From: an uncultured Clostridia bacterium
GTDB lineage: Bacteria; Bacillota; Clostridia; Oscillospirales; Oscillospiraceae
Direction: 5' to 3'
Length of the DNA stretch: 64,000 bases
NCBI GenBank assembly: GCA_946405205.1
Contig: CAMJGL010000005.1
Location: 33,013-97,012 of the forward strand
The notes below the pieces were generated by a model. It was not told the origin of the DNA, searched no databases, and saw nothing but the letters and a program-made list of their open reading frames with translations. Positions 38,565-46,897 of the stretch are shown piece after piece. The stretch's first letter is position 1. Each line of letters opens with the position of its first letter. The translations under genes and the position numbers were made by a program.

Positions 38565-38590
38565 TTGCGGACTGCGCGGGCAGTCCGCAA
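38565..38590 (-). promoter_or_regulatory. strong stem-loop in the cdaA 5' UTR
   Basis: 11-bp perfect stem TTGCGGACTGC / GCAGTCCGCAA with a 4-nt loop, 24 nt upstream of the cdaA ATG. No following U-run, so not an obvious terminator. Confidence 0.4.
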
Positions 38591-38613
38591 CGTACTGCAA
38601 ATTTAATCACTAT

Positions 38614-38642
38614 ATTATATAATATATATTTGGAAAAGGCAA
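38614..38642 (-). promoter_or_regulatory. sigma-A type promoter for the cdaA operon
   Basis: Minus strand TTGCCT (38642-38637), 17 nt, TATAAT (38619-38614), in an AT-rich spacer. Confidence 0.55.
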
Positions 38643-38653
38643 TTAAATATTAA

Positions 38654-39775
38654 TTAATTTTCTTGTTTTGCTATGCTTTCTATAATGCCGCAGGCTCTGT
38701 CGGCCTGAGCCTGAGTTATAAAAGGCGAGAAGCTCAGCCTGACAGTGCCTCTTTCTATCGTACCGGCTGTGCTGTGTGCCAGCGGAGCGCAGTGTAGTCC
38801 GCAGCGCGCGGCAATTCCTCGTTTTCCGAGGGCGCTGCAGAACGCTTCACAGTCCATAGTCCTGTGCTGGATGGACAGAACTCCGGCCTGATTATCTGTA
38901 TCGGAGGCAAAAACCCTGAGCTGTGGGGACATTTTGAGCCTTACAGCCGAGCGGCGGCAGAGCTTTGCCTCATATTCCCCGATATTATCGGCGCCGCGGC
39001 TGAGCACGTATCGTATTCCCTCGCAGAGGCCCGCTATGCCGACGACGTTATGTGTTCCGGCCTCTGCCCTGTCGGGCAGGTACTCCGGCATTGACTGCAG
39101 CGCACTCTCGGAGCCGGTACCGCCGCAGATGAGCGGCGCAGGCATTTGTGCGCACAGCAGTATACCCGTACCCTGCGGCCCAAGCAGTCCCTTATGCCCC
39201 GGCATAGCCACAAACGCGGCGTTAAGCTCAGACATATCGAGCCTGCATATACCCGCCGACTGCGAGGCATCCACTATCAGCGGAACATTGTGCTTTCTGC
39301 ATAGCTCCGCAATATCATTGAGCGGCTGAATATAGCCGAACACATTGGAAACATGGTTCCATACAACGGCCTTTGCTCCGGAAATATTTTGCTCAACAGC
39401 GCGTATAACGGCGTCGCTTTCAAACAAGGGCGAAGCCGCGACGACAGTTTTTGCGCCTATGAAATTAAGAGGCCGCGTGACGGAATTATGCTCGTAGCCT
39501 GATACAACGACCTTGTCGCCTTTTGATACAAGCGACCTTATTGCGATATTCAGGGCGTGTGTAGCGTTTAATGTAAACACCATGTTCTGCGGCTCGGAGA
39601 AATTGAACAGCCTGCAGGCGAGCTCGCGGCATTCGTATACCTTGTCGGCAGCCTTCATTGCCGCACCGTAGGCGCCTCTGCCCGGACTCGCCATTGTATC
39701 TATGGCGTTGACCATGGCTCTTTTCACTGCGGCCGGTTTCAGGTAGCTTGTTGCGGCGGAATCGAGATATATCAA
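38654..39775 (-). CDS. class-V aminotransferase-fold PLP enzyme, cysteine desulfurase / selenocysteine lyase-like
   Basis: 373 aa. PLP lysine context MPGHKGL and SufS/CsdA-like active-site loop RCGLHCAP. Confidence 0.8.
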   Translation of the reverse strand: MIYLDSAATSYLKPAAVKRAMVNAIDTMASPGRGAYGAAMKAADKVYECRELACRLFNFSEPQNMVFTLNATHALNIAIRSLVSKGDKVVVSGYEHNSVTRPLNFIGAKTVVAASPLFESDAVIRAVEQNISGAKAVVWNHVSNVFGYIQPLNDIAELCRKHNVPLIVDASQSAGICRLDMSELNAAFVAMPGHKGLLGPQGTGILLCAQMPAPLICGGTGSESALQSMPEYLPDRAEAGTHNVVGIAGLCEGIRYVLSRGADNIGEYEAKLCRRSAVRLKMSPQLRVFASDTDNQAGVLSIQHRTMDCEAFCSALGKRGIAARCGLHCAPLAHSTAGTIERGTVRLSFSPFITQAQADRACGIIESIAKQEN

Positions 39776-40023
39776 AAGAATACCTCCTTGACCGTATTGT
39801 CCTGTTGCTGTTCAAATATCTTTCCCTGAAGCAGTCCCTCCCGTCGTAGAATGTCGGTCGCCGCTATACCTTTGCCGTAAGAAACAGTAACGCAATAGCT
39901 GCAGCCGTTGCCGCTGAGACCCGCGGGAGCTTTTGCTACTCCGGCGGAAATCGCATGGCGTTCCAGAATTTTTGCCGCCCTTTGAGCATATGTCAGTGAG
40001 CGGCACATGATTAAATAGCGCAT
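39772..40023 (-). CDS. DUF3343 (putative Se/S carrier-like) small protein
   Basis: 83 aa. Pattern LIMCRSLTYAQRAAKILERHAISAGVAKAP..GCSYC resembles DUF3343. 4-nt overlap with the downstream desulfurase-like gene. Confidence 0.6.
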   Translation of the reverse strand: MRYLIMCRSLTYAQRAAKILERHAISAGVAKAPAGLSGNGCSYCVTVSYGKGIAATDILRREGLLQGKIFEQQQDNTVKEVFF

Positions 40024-40079
40024 AGAAATCCCCTTCTTTTTATTTCATTCTATGCGGTAGAAACTTATTTGCCAAAGTC

Positions 40080-40105
40080 AAAAACAGCCGCATTGCGGCT
40101 GTTTC
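40080..40105 (-). terminator. intrinsic terminator after ispF
   Basis: AAACAGCCGC-AAT-GCGGCTGTTTTT on the minus strand, 4 nt after the stop codon. Confidence 0.7.
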
Positions 40106-40108
40106 AAC

Positions 40109-40576
40109 TCAGTCTATAAGCGCGACGGCGTGCGCGGCTATGCCAAGCTCCGCTCCGGAGAAGCCGAGCTTCTCCTCGGTGGTCGCCTTAACGCTCACGC
40201 AGTCAAGCGGTATTTCCATTGCATCTGCCAGCGTCTCGCGCATTTTTTCAATATACGGCGACAGCTTGGGATTTTGCGCAATTATCGTACTGTCAATGTT
40301 TATAAGCTTGTAGCCTTTACCGTTTATTATCGAACAGACATTTTTCAGCAGCTCGATGCTGTCGGCGCCCAGATATTTATCGTCGCTGTCGGGAAACAGC
40401 TTTCCGATGTCGCCCAAAGCGGCCGCGCCGAGCAAAGCGTCCATGATCGCGTGGCTCAGCACATCGGCGTCGGAATGTCCGAGGAGCCCTTTTTCGTGGG
40501 GGATGCAGACTCCTCCGAGGATAAGCTTCCTGTCCTCAACAAGTCTGTGCACATCATAGCCGTGGCCAATCCTCAT
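40109..40576 (-). CDS. ispF: 2-C-methyl-D-erythritol 2,4-cyclodiphosphate synthase
   Basis: 155 aa. [16 protein letters not shown] and the rest of the IspF core. Confidence 0.9.
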   Translation of the reverse strand: MRIGHGYDVHRLVEDRKLILGGVCIPHEKGLLGHSDADVLSHAIMDALLGAAALGDIGKLFPDSDDKYLGADSIELLKNVCSIINGKGYKLINIDSTIIAQNPKLSPYIEKMRETLADAMEIPLDCVSVKATTEEKLGFSGAELGIAAHAVALID

Positions 40577-41307
40577 TATCTGCCGCTCCTTTCGGCGAGT
40601 ATACCCTCGGCGGCATAGAGGTCTTTAGTGGTGGTCAGCTTTATATTATCAGCTTCACCCGCAACTATCGTTACCTTATACCCCATTGCCTCAACAGCGG
40701 AGCAATCGTCGGTGACCCTGATATTCTTATCAGCAGCGCGGGTAAGAGCCGCCTTTATGAGCTCAGCGATAAACACCTGCGGAGTCTGCACAAGTGCAAC
40801 AAGATCCCTGTCGGGCGTTTCGGCAACGGCTCCCTTGCTGTTGAGGAGCCTTACGGTGTCGCTTGACGTGACAGCGGGGGCGGCTGCGGAATGCGCCTTT
40901 GCAGCGTGTACAACTCGCTCAATAAGCTTTTCACTGACAAATGGTCTCGCCCCGTCATGGATCGCTATAAGAGTGGCCTTTTCACTCACGTTGCTGACGC
41001 CGATCAGTGCCGATTCAAGTCTTGTTTTTCCGCCGCGAACGACCCTGCTGGCCTTGGTGATACCGAAGCCGCTGCAGATATCGGCGATCTCCTGTATGCT
41101 CTCATATTTTGTCACGATAACTATCTCGTCAATGCTGTCCGAGCTTTGCAGCGCTTTAAGCGTATGGGCAATGACGGGAGCTCCGCCTATGGGCATCAGG
41201 ATCTTGTCCTTACCCATGCGCTGTGAATTACCCGCCGCCAGCACGACTGCCGAGCAGAAGTCGGGCGTTGTTGCTTTGAATTTCAAAAGCTTATCAAATA
41301 CAGACAT
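40576..41307 (-). CDS. ispD: 2-C-methyl-D-erythritol 4-phosphate cytidylyltransferase
   Basis: 243 aa. [13 protein letters not shown]-loop-like motif and IHDGARPF. Confidence 0.9.
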   Translation of the reverse strand: MSVFDKLLKFKATTPDFCSAVVLAAGNSQRMGKDKILMPIGGAPVIAHTLKALQSSDSIDEIVIVTKYESIQEIADICSGFGITKASRVVRGGKTRLESALIGVSNVSEKATLIAIHDGARPFVSEKLIERVVHAAKAHSAAAPAVTSSDTVRLLNSKGAVAETPDRDLVALVQTPQVFIAELIKAALTRAADKNIRVTDDCSAVEAMGYKVTIVAGEADNIKLTTTKDLYAAEGILAERSGR

Positions 41308-41321
41308 AAATAACCTCGTTT

Positions 41322-41795
41322 TCAGATGGATGCGTACAGTTCTTTTTCAATTTGCTCGTAATCAGTTCTCATGGCAATAACAAGCTCGGAAATAAGGATC
41401 TGCTTGGCCGAGTGCAGCATTTTTCTTTCACCGGTCGACAGCCCGCGCTCATTGTCGCGGCACATAAGCCCCTTGACGACCGAAGCGACCTCCAGCAGAT
41501 CGCCGCTTTTCAGCTTGTCCATATTCTCCCTGTAACGCTTGTTCCAGTTCTGGGTCATGCAGATCTCGAGACCTGAAAATGAGTCGAGTACCTTTCTTGC
41601 ATCCGAGTCACTGATTATTGCTCTTACCCCTATGCTCTCGCAGCCCTCAACAGGGACCATGACGACCATGTCCCCGACCGGCAGCTTCAGGACATAGTAA
41701 TCCCGTTCGGCACCGTTGATCTTCTTGGTAACTATACCCTCAATCACGCCTGCACCGTGCATGGGATGAGCAATGTAATCGCCGATCTCGAACAA
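41322..41795 (-). CDS. carD: CarD/CdnL-family RNA polymerase-binding regulator
   Basis: 157 aa. TTG start with AGGAGG upstream. FEIGDYIAHPMHGAGVIEGI Tudor-like N-terminus. The carD-ispD-ispF order is known from other phyla. Confidence 0.85.
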   Translation of the reverse strand: MFEIGDYIAHPMHGAGVIEGIVTKKINGAERDYYVLKLPVGDMVVMVPVEGCESIGVRAIISDSDARKVLDSFSGLEICMTQNWNKRYRENMDKLKSGDLLEVASVVKGLMCRDNERGLSTGERKMLHSAKQILISELVIAMRTDYEQIEKELYASI

Positions 41796-41830
41796 GACGA
41801 CTCCTCCTTACAATAATCATATATATAACA

Positions 41831-41859
41831 ATTATACACAAATTGTTTAATCTTTGCAA
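41831..41859 (-). promoter_or_regulatory. sigma-A type promoter for carD-ispDF
   Basis: TTGCAA (41859-41854), 17 nt, TATAAT (41836-41831). Confidence 0.55.
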
Positions 41860-41890
41860 GGAAATTAACTTCATTTGCCTGATTTTTCAA

Positions 41891-41922
41891 TAAAAACAGC
41901 CTGCCGATTACTCAGCAGGCTA
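41891..41922 (-). terminator. intrinsic terminator after ispH-S1
   Basis: AGCCTGC / GCAGGCT 7-bp stem with a 10-nt loop, followed by GTTTTTA. Confidence 0.6.
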
Positions 41923-41943
41923 TTACAAACTGTTATTTAGAGA

Positions 41944-43974
41944 TCATTCCTCGACTAAATCGCCCGTGGCCTCGCCATCGGTAGATACTTCGTAGACGAG
42001 TGCATCCTCGCCGCTTTCCTCTTCAACAGCAGCAGGCTGTGCAGCAGGCTCGGCAAGTGCGCGGATGGAGAGGGATATCTTGTGATTATCCATATCGATA
42101 GCGGTGATCTTAGCCTCAACAACGTCGCCGACAGTCAGGACCTCTTCGGGCTTGCCGATGCGGCGGTTTGCGATCTGGGAAATGTGGATAAGGCCGTCAA
42201 CGCCGGGGAGAACCTCTGCAAAGGCACCGAAGGTCATGAGCTTTACTATCTTGACCTCAGCAGTATCGCCAACATTGTATGTGCTGGTGAACTTGGTCCA
42301 GGGATTCTCTGCGGGATCCTTGTAGCCCAGAGAGATCTTTCTCTTTTCACGGTCAAAGCTGATGACATAGACGTCGACCTCGTCACCGATACTGAACATC
42401 TCAGCGGGGTTCTTGATACGGCCCCAGCTCATCTCGGAGACATGGACCATACCGTCAATGCCGCCGATATCGACAAATGCGCCGTAGCTGGTCATGGACT
42501 TTACGGTGCCGTGGTACTTATTGCCGACTTCCATCTCATTCCAGATGGCTTCGGCACGCTCGCGGCGCTCTTTCTGAGCGACTGCACGGATGGAACCGAC
42601 AACGCGCTTGCGGCCGCGGTTTACCTCGGTGATCTTCACGCGGACTTTCTGCTTGAGAAGCTGGCTCATATCAGCCTCCTTGGGCAGACCGGACTGGGAT
42701 GCGGGAACGAAAACGCGGACGCCTTTAACGGAAACAACGATGCCGCCCTTATTCTCCTCGGTAACAACGCCTTCAAGGAAGTTGCCGTTTTCAACGGCTT
42801 CCTCAACAGCGGTCCAGCTCTTTGCAGCGTCAAGACGCTTCTTGGAGAGCATAACGGTGCCCTCAACGTCGTTTACGCGAACGACTACAGCCTCGATGGT
42901 ATCGCCGACCTTGACAGCGTCTTCAACATTGATGCCGTCGTCTGTGAACTCGGTGGTGGGAATGAAGCCCGAGTACTTAGCGCCGATATCGACACTGATC
43001 TCAGTGCCGGTAATGGCAATAACACAGCCGGTTACCTTATCTCCATTATATATAGTTTTGATGGATTCCTCCAGCATTTCGTCGAAGGACATCTCCCTCT
43101 CCTCTGCTGCAGCAGCATCAATTTTGATTTCTTCGCTCATCTTATTACTTACCTCCTTAATTATCCATGATGGGGTTGACGCTCCGGCTGTGATCCCAAC
43201 AGATTCAACACCCGACAGCCTGTCCATATCCAGTCCGTCTGCTTTTGAGATAAACTGAACATTATCGCACTCTCTGCGGCATATTTCCGCAAGATGCACG
43301 CTGTTGGCACTGTGTTCTCCGCCTATAACGACCATTGCGCCGCATAAAGCCGCAATTTTTGAGGCTTCTTCCTGTCTCATGGACGTCGCACCACATATTG
43401 TATCAAAGATTTGATTGTTTGTACACATTTTTTTTAAGAAATTTGCACATTCGGTAAAATTACTGCGAGTCTGCGTCGTTTGGACTACCATCGTTATGGG
43501 TTTATCCAATAATTCGGTGTTATTATTAAAAAACTCGGATAGTTCCGAAACATTTTCGCATATAACGTGTTCCCCGCACCAACCTCCGACGGCTTCGACC
43601 TCAGGGTGACCGTGCATACCGATTATGACGACGAAGCGGCCTTCGGCCGAGGCCTCGGACACAAGCTCGTGGATCTTATTCACCTTGGGGCAGGTCGCAT
43701 CGCATACCTTCGCATTTTTTTCCCCCAGCGCCACGTATACCTCTTTTGATATACCGTGCGAGCGTATTATCACCCGCCCGCCTGACGGAAGCTGCTCCGG
43801 TGTATCGATAACGCTGAGACCCTTTTTCTCCAAATAAGCCACAACGTCGTTATTGTGAATAAGTGGGCCGAGAGAATACGCCTTTCCCTCTTCAAGCAGC
43901 TTTTCGGCCATACTAACCGATCGGCTGACTCCGAAGCAGAAGCCCGCGCTCTTTGCAACAACAATCTTTTTCAT
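41944..43974 (-). CDS. ispH: bifunctional 4-hydroxy-3-methylbut-2-enyl diphosphate reductase / ribosomal protein S1-domain fusion
   Basis: 676 aa. N-terminal ~285 aa are IspH/LytB-like (AKSAGFCFGVSRSV, three Cys ligands). The C-terminal part has four S1/OB repeats (YHGTVKSMTSYGAFVDIG and similar). Confidence 0.9.
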   Translation of the reverse strand: MKKIVVAKSAGFCFGVSRSVSMAEKLLEEGKAYSLGPLIHNNDVVAYLEKKGLSVIDTPEQLPSGGRVIIRSHGISKEVYVALGEKNAKVCDATCPKVNKIHELVSEASAEGRFVVIIGMHGHPEVEAVGGWCGEHVICENVSELSEFFNNNTELLDKPITMVVQTTQTRSNFTECANFLKKMCTNNQIFDTICGATSMRQEEASKIAALCGAMVVIGGEHSANSVHLAEICRRECDNVQFISKADGLDMDRLSGVESVGITAGASTPSWIIKEVSNKMSEEIKIDAAAAEEREMSFDEMLEESIKTIYNGDKVTGCVIAITGTEISVDIGAKYSGFIPTTEFTDDGINVEDAVKVGDTIEAVVVRVNDVEGTVMLSKKRLDAAKSWTAVEEAVENGNFLEGVVTEENKGGIVVSVKGVRVFVPASQSGLPKEADMSQLLKQKVRVKITEVNRGRKRVVGSIRAVAQKERRERAEAIWNEMEVGNKYHGTVKSMTSYGAFVDIGGIDGMVHVSEMSWGRIKNPAEMFSIGDEVDVYVISFDREKRKISLGYKDPAENPWTKFTSTYNVGDTAEVKIVKLMTFGAFAEVLPGVDGLIHISQIANRRIGKPEEVLTVGDVVEAKITAIDMDNHKISLSIRALAEPAAQPAAVEEESGEDALVYEVSTDGEATGDLVEE

Positions 43975-44660
43975 GGCTTGAACTTCGGCTCCAGTCCGGT
44001 TTTTGAGCTAATAAGCCGGCATACCTCGCTCACGCTCTGCTCAAGAGTATTGCCGCTCGTATCGAGGATCACCGCGTCATCGGCTGCCTTTAAAGGTGCC
44101 GCGGCGCGCATGGTATCCTGCTCATCGCGCTTTATCAGGTCGTCAAGCACACTTTCAAAGGTCGTTTCAACTCCCTTTTGCAGCAGCTCCTCATATCTGC
44201 GCCTTGCCCTGTCCTCCGCACCGGCCGTCAGGAATATCTTAAGATCGGCGTTGGGAAGAATGACCGTTCCAATATCGCGCCCGTCCATAACCACATCATG
44301 CAGCTCCGCCATTTTTCGCTGCATATCAACAAGGTATTCCCTTACCTCGGGTATGGCCGAGACCTTTGAAGCGAGCATGGATACCTCGGGAAGTCTTATG
44401 TCCCGGGAAACGTCAGCGCCGTCAAGAAGCATGCACTGCTCGCCCGCGTCATTGTATCTGAGCTCAATTCTAAGCTCAGGGAGCATTGATATAACGGTTT
44501 CGTTATCGGAAACGTCGATACCTCTCAGCTTCGCTGCGAGACCTATCGTTCTGTAAATAGCGCCGGTATCAACATAAATAAATCCGAAGAGCTTTGCGGC
44601 TGCCCTTGAGATCGTACTTTTACCGGCGCCGGAAGGGCCGTCTATCGCAATAGATATCAT
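43971..44660 (-). CDS. cmk: (d)CMP kinase
   Basis: [16 protein letters not shown] start (44660). The longest ORF (to 44696) would overlap the upstream gene. 4-nt overlap with ispH. Confidence 0.9.
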   Translation of the reverse strand: MISIAIDGPSGAGKSTISRAAAKLFGFIYVDTGAIYRTIGLAAKLRGIDVSDNETVISMLPELRIELRYNDAGEQCMLLDGADVSRDIRLPEVSMLASKVSAIPEVREYLVDMQRKMAELHDVVMDGRDIGTVILPNADLKIFLTAGAEDRARRRYEELLQKGVETTFESVLDDLIKRDEQDTMRAAAPLKAADDAVILDTSGNTLEQSVSEVCRLISSKTGLEPKFKP

Positions 44661-44673
44661 TTGTTCACCTGTT

Positions 44674-45909
44674 TTATATTGAATTTGCGGCCACATATGC
44701 GGTGGACCACGCTATCTGAAGATTAAAGCCGCCCGTGTACGCGTCAAGATCCATGACCTCTCCCGCAAAGTACAGCCCGCCGACAAGCTTGGACTGCATA
44801 GTGCGTGGATTTATCTCCTTTGTGGATACGCCGCCCGAGGTCACGATAGCTTCATCTATCGGCCTTGGGCCGATTATTGAGACCGGGAAGCTTTTCAGAA
44901 GTCTGAGCAGCTCATGCCGCTGTTCGCGGGTTATGGAATTGACCTTGGTCTCAGCAGGAATGCCCGAAAGTCTCACGAGCACGGGGATCATGGTCTTTCC
45001 GGCAAGATCGCACAGAGAATTTGCAAAATCGCGGTTTGCGTATTTTTCAAAATCCCTCAGCAGTCTTGCGTCCAGCTTTTTTTCATCAAGTCCCGGTTTC
45101 AGGTCGATGCGCAGCTCATATCTCGCTTCTCCGAAGCGGCGCATATGCGAGCTGGCCGACAGTACCAGCGGGCCGCTTACGCCGAAATGCGTAAACAGCA
45201 TTTCGCCCAATTCCTTGTATATGAGCTTGCCGTCCTCATAAGCCGAAAGCGTAACGTTTTTCAGGGAAAAGCCCTGCATTTCGGCGCAATAATCATCGTC
45301 GCTCTCAAGCGGAACAAGCGAAGGCCTCGTGGGAGTAACTGTATGTCCCAGCTCCTTCGCCATTTTGTATCCCGCGCCCCTTGAGCCGGTAAGCGGATAT
45401 GAAAGCCCGCCCGTGCATATCACCGCGGCGCGGCAATCAATTATACCGCCGCTCGTTTCAACGCCGGTGACAGCGTTATCCTCAGTGAGGATATGTTTTG
45501 CCGAATCGTGCACGACGCGCACGCCGGCGCGGTTCAAATATCGCTGCAGCGCGCCTGCAACGTCGTTTGCATTGTCCGAGACCGGAAACACACGGTTGCC
45601 CCGCTCAGTCTTCAGGTGCACACCCAGACCTTCAAACAGCTCCATGGTGTCGTGCGGAGACAGCCGGTTCAGGGCGCTGTGCAGAAATCTGCCGTCACCG
45701 GGAATGTTGTTCAGAAATTCCCTGATATCACAGTTGTTTGTAACATTGCACCGACCCTTACCCGTTATCCTGAGCTTTCTGCCGAGGACTTTATTCGGCT
45801 CGAGCAGTATTACGTCAAGGCCGCGCTCGGCTGCCGCCGCGCTGCAGAGCATTCCCGCGGCGCCGCCGCCGATGACCACCGCGTCAGCGCTCAGCCGGTT
45901 CATACACAT
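44674..45909 (-). CDS. HI0933/BaiN-family NAD(P)/FAD-dependent oxidoreductase
   Basis: DAVVIGGGAAGM dinucleotide fold and C-terminal GLYFAGEVMD. Start uncertain (45903, 45909 or 45933). GGAG precedes 45909. Confidence 0.8.
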   Translation of the reverse strand: MCMNRLSADAVVIGGGAAGMLCSAAAAERGLDVILLEPNKVLGRKLRITGKGRCNVTNNCDIREFLNNIPGDGRFLHSALNRLSPHDTMELFEGLGVHLKTERGNRVFPVSDNANDVAGALQRYLNRAGVRVVHDSAKHILTEDNAVTGVETSGGIIDCRAAVICTGGLSYPLTGSRGAGYKMAKELGHTVTPTRPSLVPLESDDDYCAEMQGFSLKNVTLSAYEDGKLIYKELGEMLFTHFGVSGPLVLSASSHMRRFGEARYELRIDLKPGLDEKKLDARLLRDFEKYANRDFANSLCDLAGKTMIPVLVRLSGIPAETKVNSITREQRHELLRLLKSFPVSIIGPRPIDEAIVTSGGVSTKEINPRTMQSKLVGGLYFAGEVMDLDAYTGGFNLQIAWSTAYVAANSI

Positions 45910-46747
45910 CGTGCTCCGACCAAATCTTTTCAAGGCGCTCGAAGGTTTCCGAAACTCTTTCCTTGTTCCTTATGCCGACGGCGACTATGATGGCGTTAAT
46001 AAGGCTCATCGGCGCAACGAGCGAGTCCAGGAACGATACCATGTCACTTTTAGCGTGGAGACAAACATCCGCTATTCCGTTAAGCGGCGAGGACGCGCCG
46101 TCGGTGATAGCGGCGGTTTTTGCGCCCATCTTCTTGGCAAACTGCATGGCGTCGACCGTGTGGCTCGAATAGCGCGGAAAGCTTATGCCTATGAACAGGT
46201 CGCCTTGGCCGATCCTGATTATCTGTTCATATATTTCGCTCGCGGCAGTATCATGCACAACATTCACGCTGCCCCTGAGCAGATTGAGATACAGGCCGAG
46301 GAAGGTCGAAAGCGATGTAGAGGTGCGCATTCCGACAATGTATATATTTTTCGCTTCCATTATCGAATCGACAAGCATATTGAAGCTGTCCTGCTCAAGA
46401 ATGTCCAGCGTAGCCTGAAGGTTCTGCATATCGCTGCCGATTATCGATTTGATAAGATCGGTATCGTCTATCATGCTCTTTGCGACTTCAATACGCTGGA
46501 CCGAGGTCAGCCTGTTGCGTATCATTTCCTGGAGAGCTTTTCTCATGCTCGGGTATCCGTCATATCCCAGCTCCGCAGCGAACCTGACGACCGTCGATTC
46601 GCTTACGCCGACTATTCTGCCCAGCTTTCCGGCTGTCATAAAAGCGGCTTTATCATAATTACTCAGAATGTATTTTGCAATAATTCGCTGACCCTTTGAA
46701 AATTTATTGCTGCCTCTGGCAAGAACGTTCAACAGATCATTTTCCAT
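45884..46747 (-). CDS. MurR/RpiR-family transcriptional regulator
   Basis: N-terminal HTH (SKGQRIIAKYIL...TAGKLGRIVGVSESTVVRF) plus a SIS domain. Start chosen at MENDLL (46747) for RBS spacing. The longest ORF starts at 46756. Confidence 0.8.
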   Translation of the reverse strand: MENDLLNVLARGSNKFSKGQRIIAKYILSNYDKAAFMTAGKLGRIVGVSESTVVRFAAELGYDGYPSMRKALQEMIRNRLTSVQRIEVAKSMIDDTDLIKSIIGSDMQNLQATLDILEQDSFNMLVDSIMEAKNIYIVGMRTSTSLSTFLGLYLNLLRGSVNVVHDTAASEIYEQIIRIGQGDLFIGISFPRYSSHTVDAMQFAKKMGAKTAAITDGASSPLNGIADVCLHAKSDMVSFLDSLVAPMSLINAIIVAVGIRNKERVSETFERLEKIWSEHDVYEPAER

Positions 46748-46778
46748 GCTGTTCATCTCCGTTTAAAACATGTCATAC

Positions 46779-46822
46779 ATTTTACTTGTTCTTCATAAGA
46801 ATTGCAATAGTTTTTTGCAATT
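46779..46822 (-). promoter_or_regulatory. candidate promoter plus 8-7-8 inverted-repeat operator upstream of the RpiR-family gene
   Basis: AATTGCAA-N7-TTGCAATT perfect inverted repeat (46800-46822). One arm supplies TTGCAA (46807-46802), then 17 nt, then TAAAAT (46784-46779). Confidence 0.4.
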
Positions 46823-46897
46823 AATCTGCCCCAAACTTGCAGAAAATGCAGATTTGAGGCAAATTAATAAGAATAATATGGGGTTTTAAATTTCGTT

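Noticed and set aside
38542-38613. Possible c-di-AMP (ydaO/kimA-type) riboswitch in front of the diadenylate cyclase gene.
   Set aside because: The leader is only about 70 nt and holds a single simple hairpin. It lacks the large pseudo-two-fold architecture and the conserved ACGR/GGGGA-type segments I recall for that class.
38591-38653. AT-rich stretch with TATAT-type repeats (TATATTATATAATATATATTT) that could look like an insertion-sequence end or a degenerate repeat array.
   Set aside because: It is only about 60 nt, with no flanking inverted or direct repeats and no adjacent transposase. It contains a well-spaced TTGCCT-17-TATAAT promoter for cdaA, which explains the composition.
45329-46699. 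456-aa plus-strand ORF running antisense across both the HI0933-type flavoprotein gene and the RpiR-family gene.
   Set aside because: It lies entirely opposite two well-supported minus-strand genes. It has a GTG start with no convincing RBS, and its product is Ser/Pro/Arg/Ala-rich and low-complexity. This is typical of stop-poor antisense frames in GC-rich, codon-biased genes. No recognisable motif.
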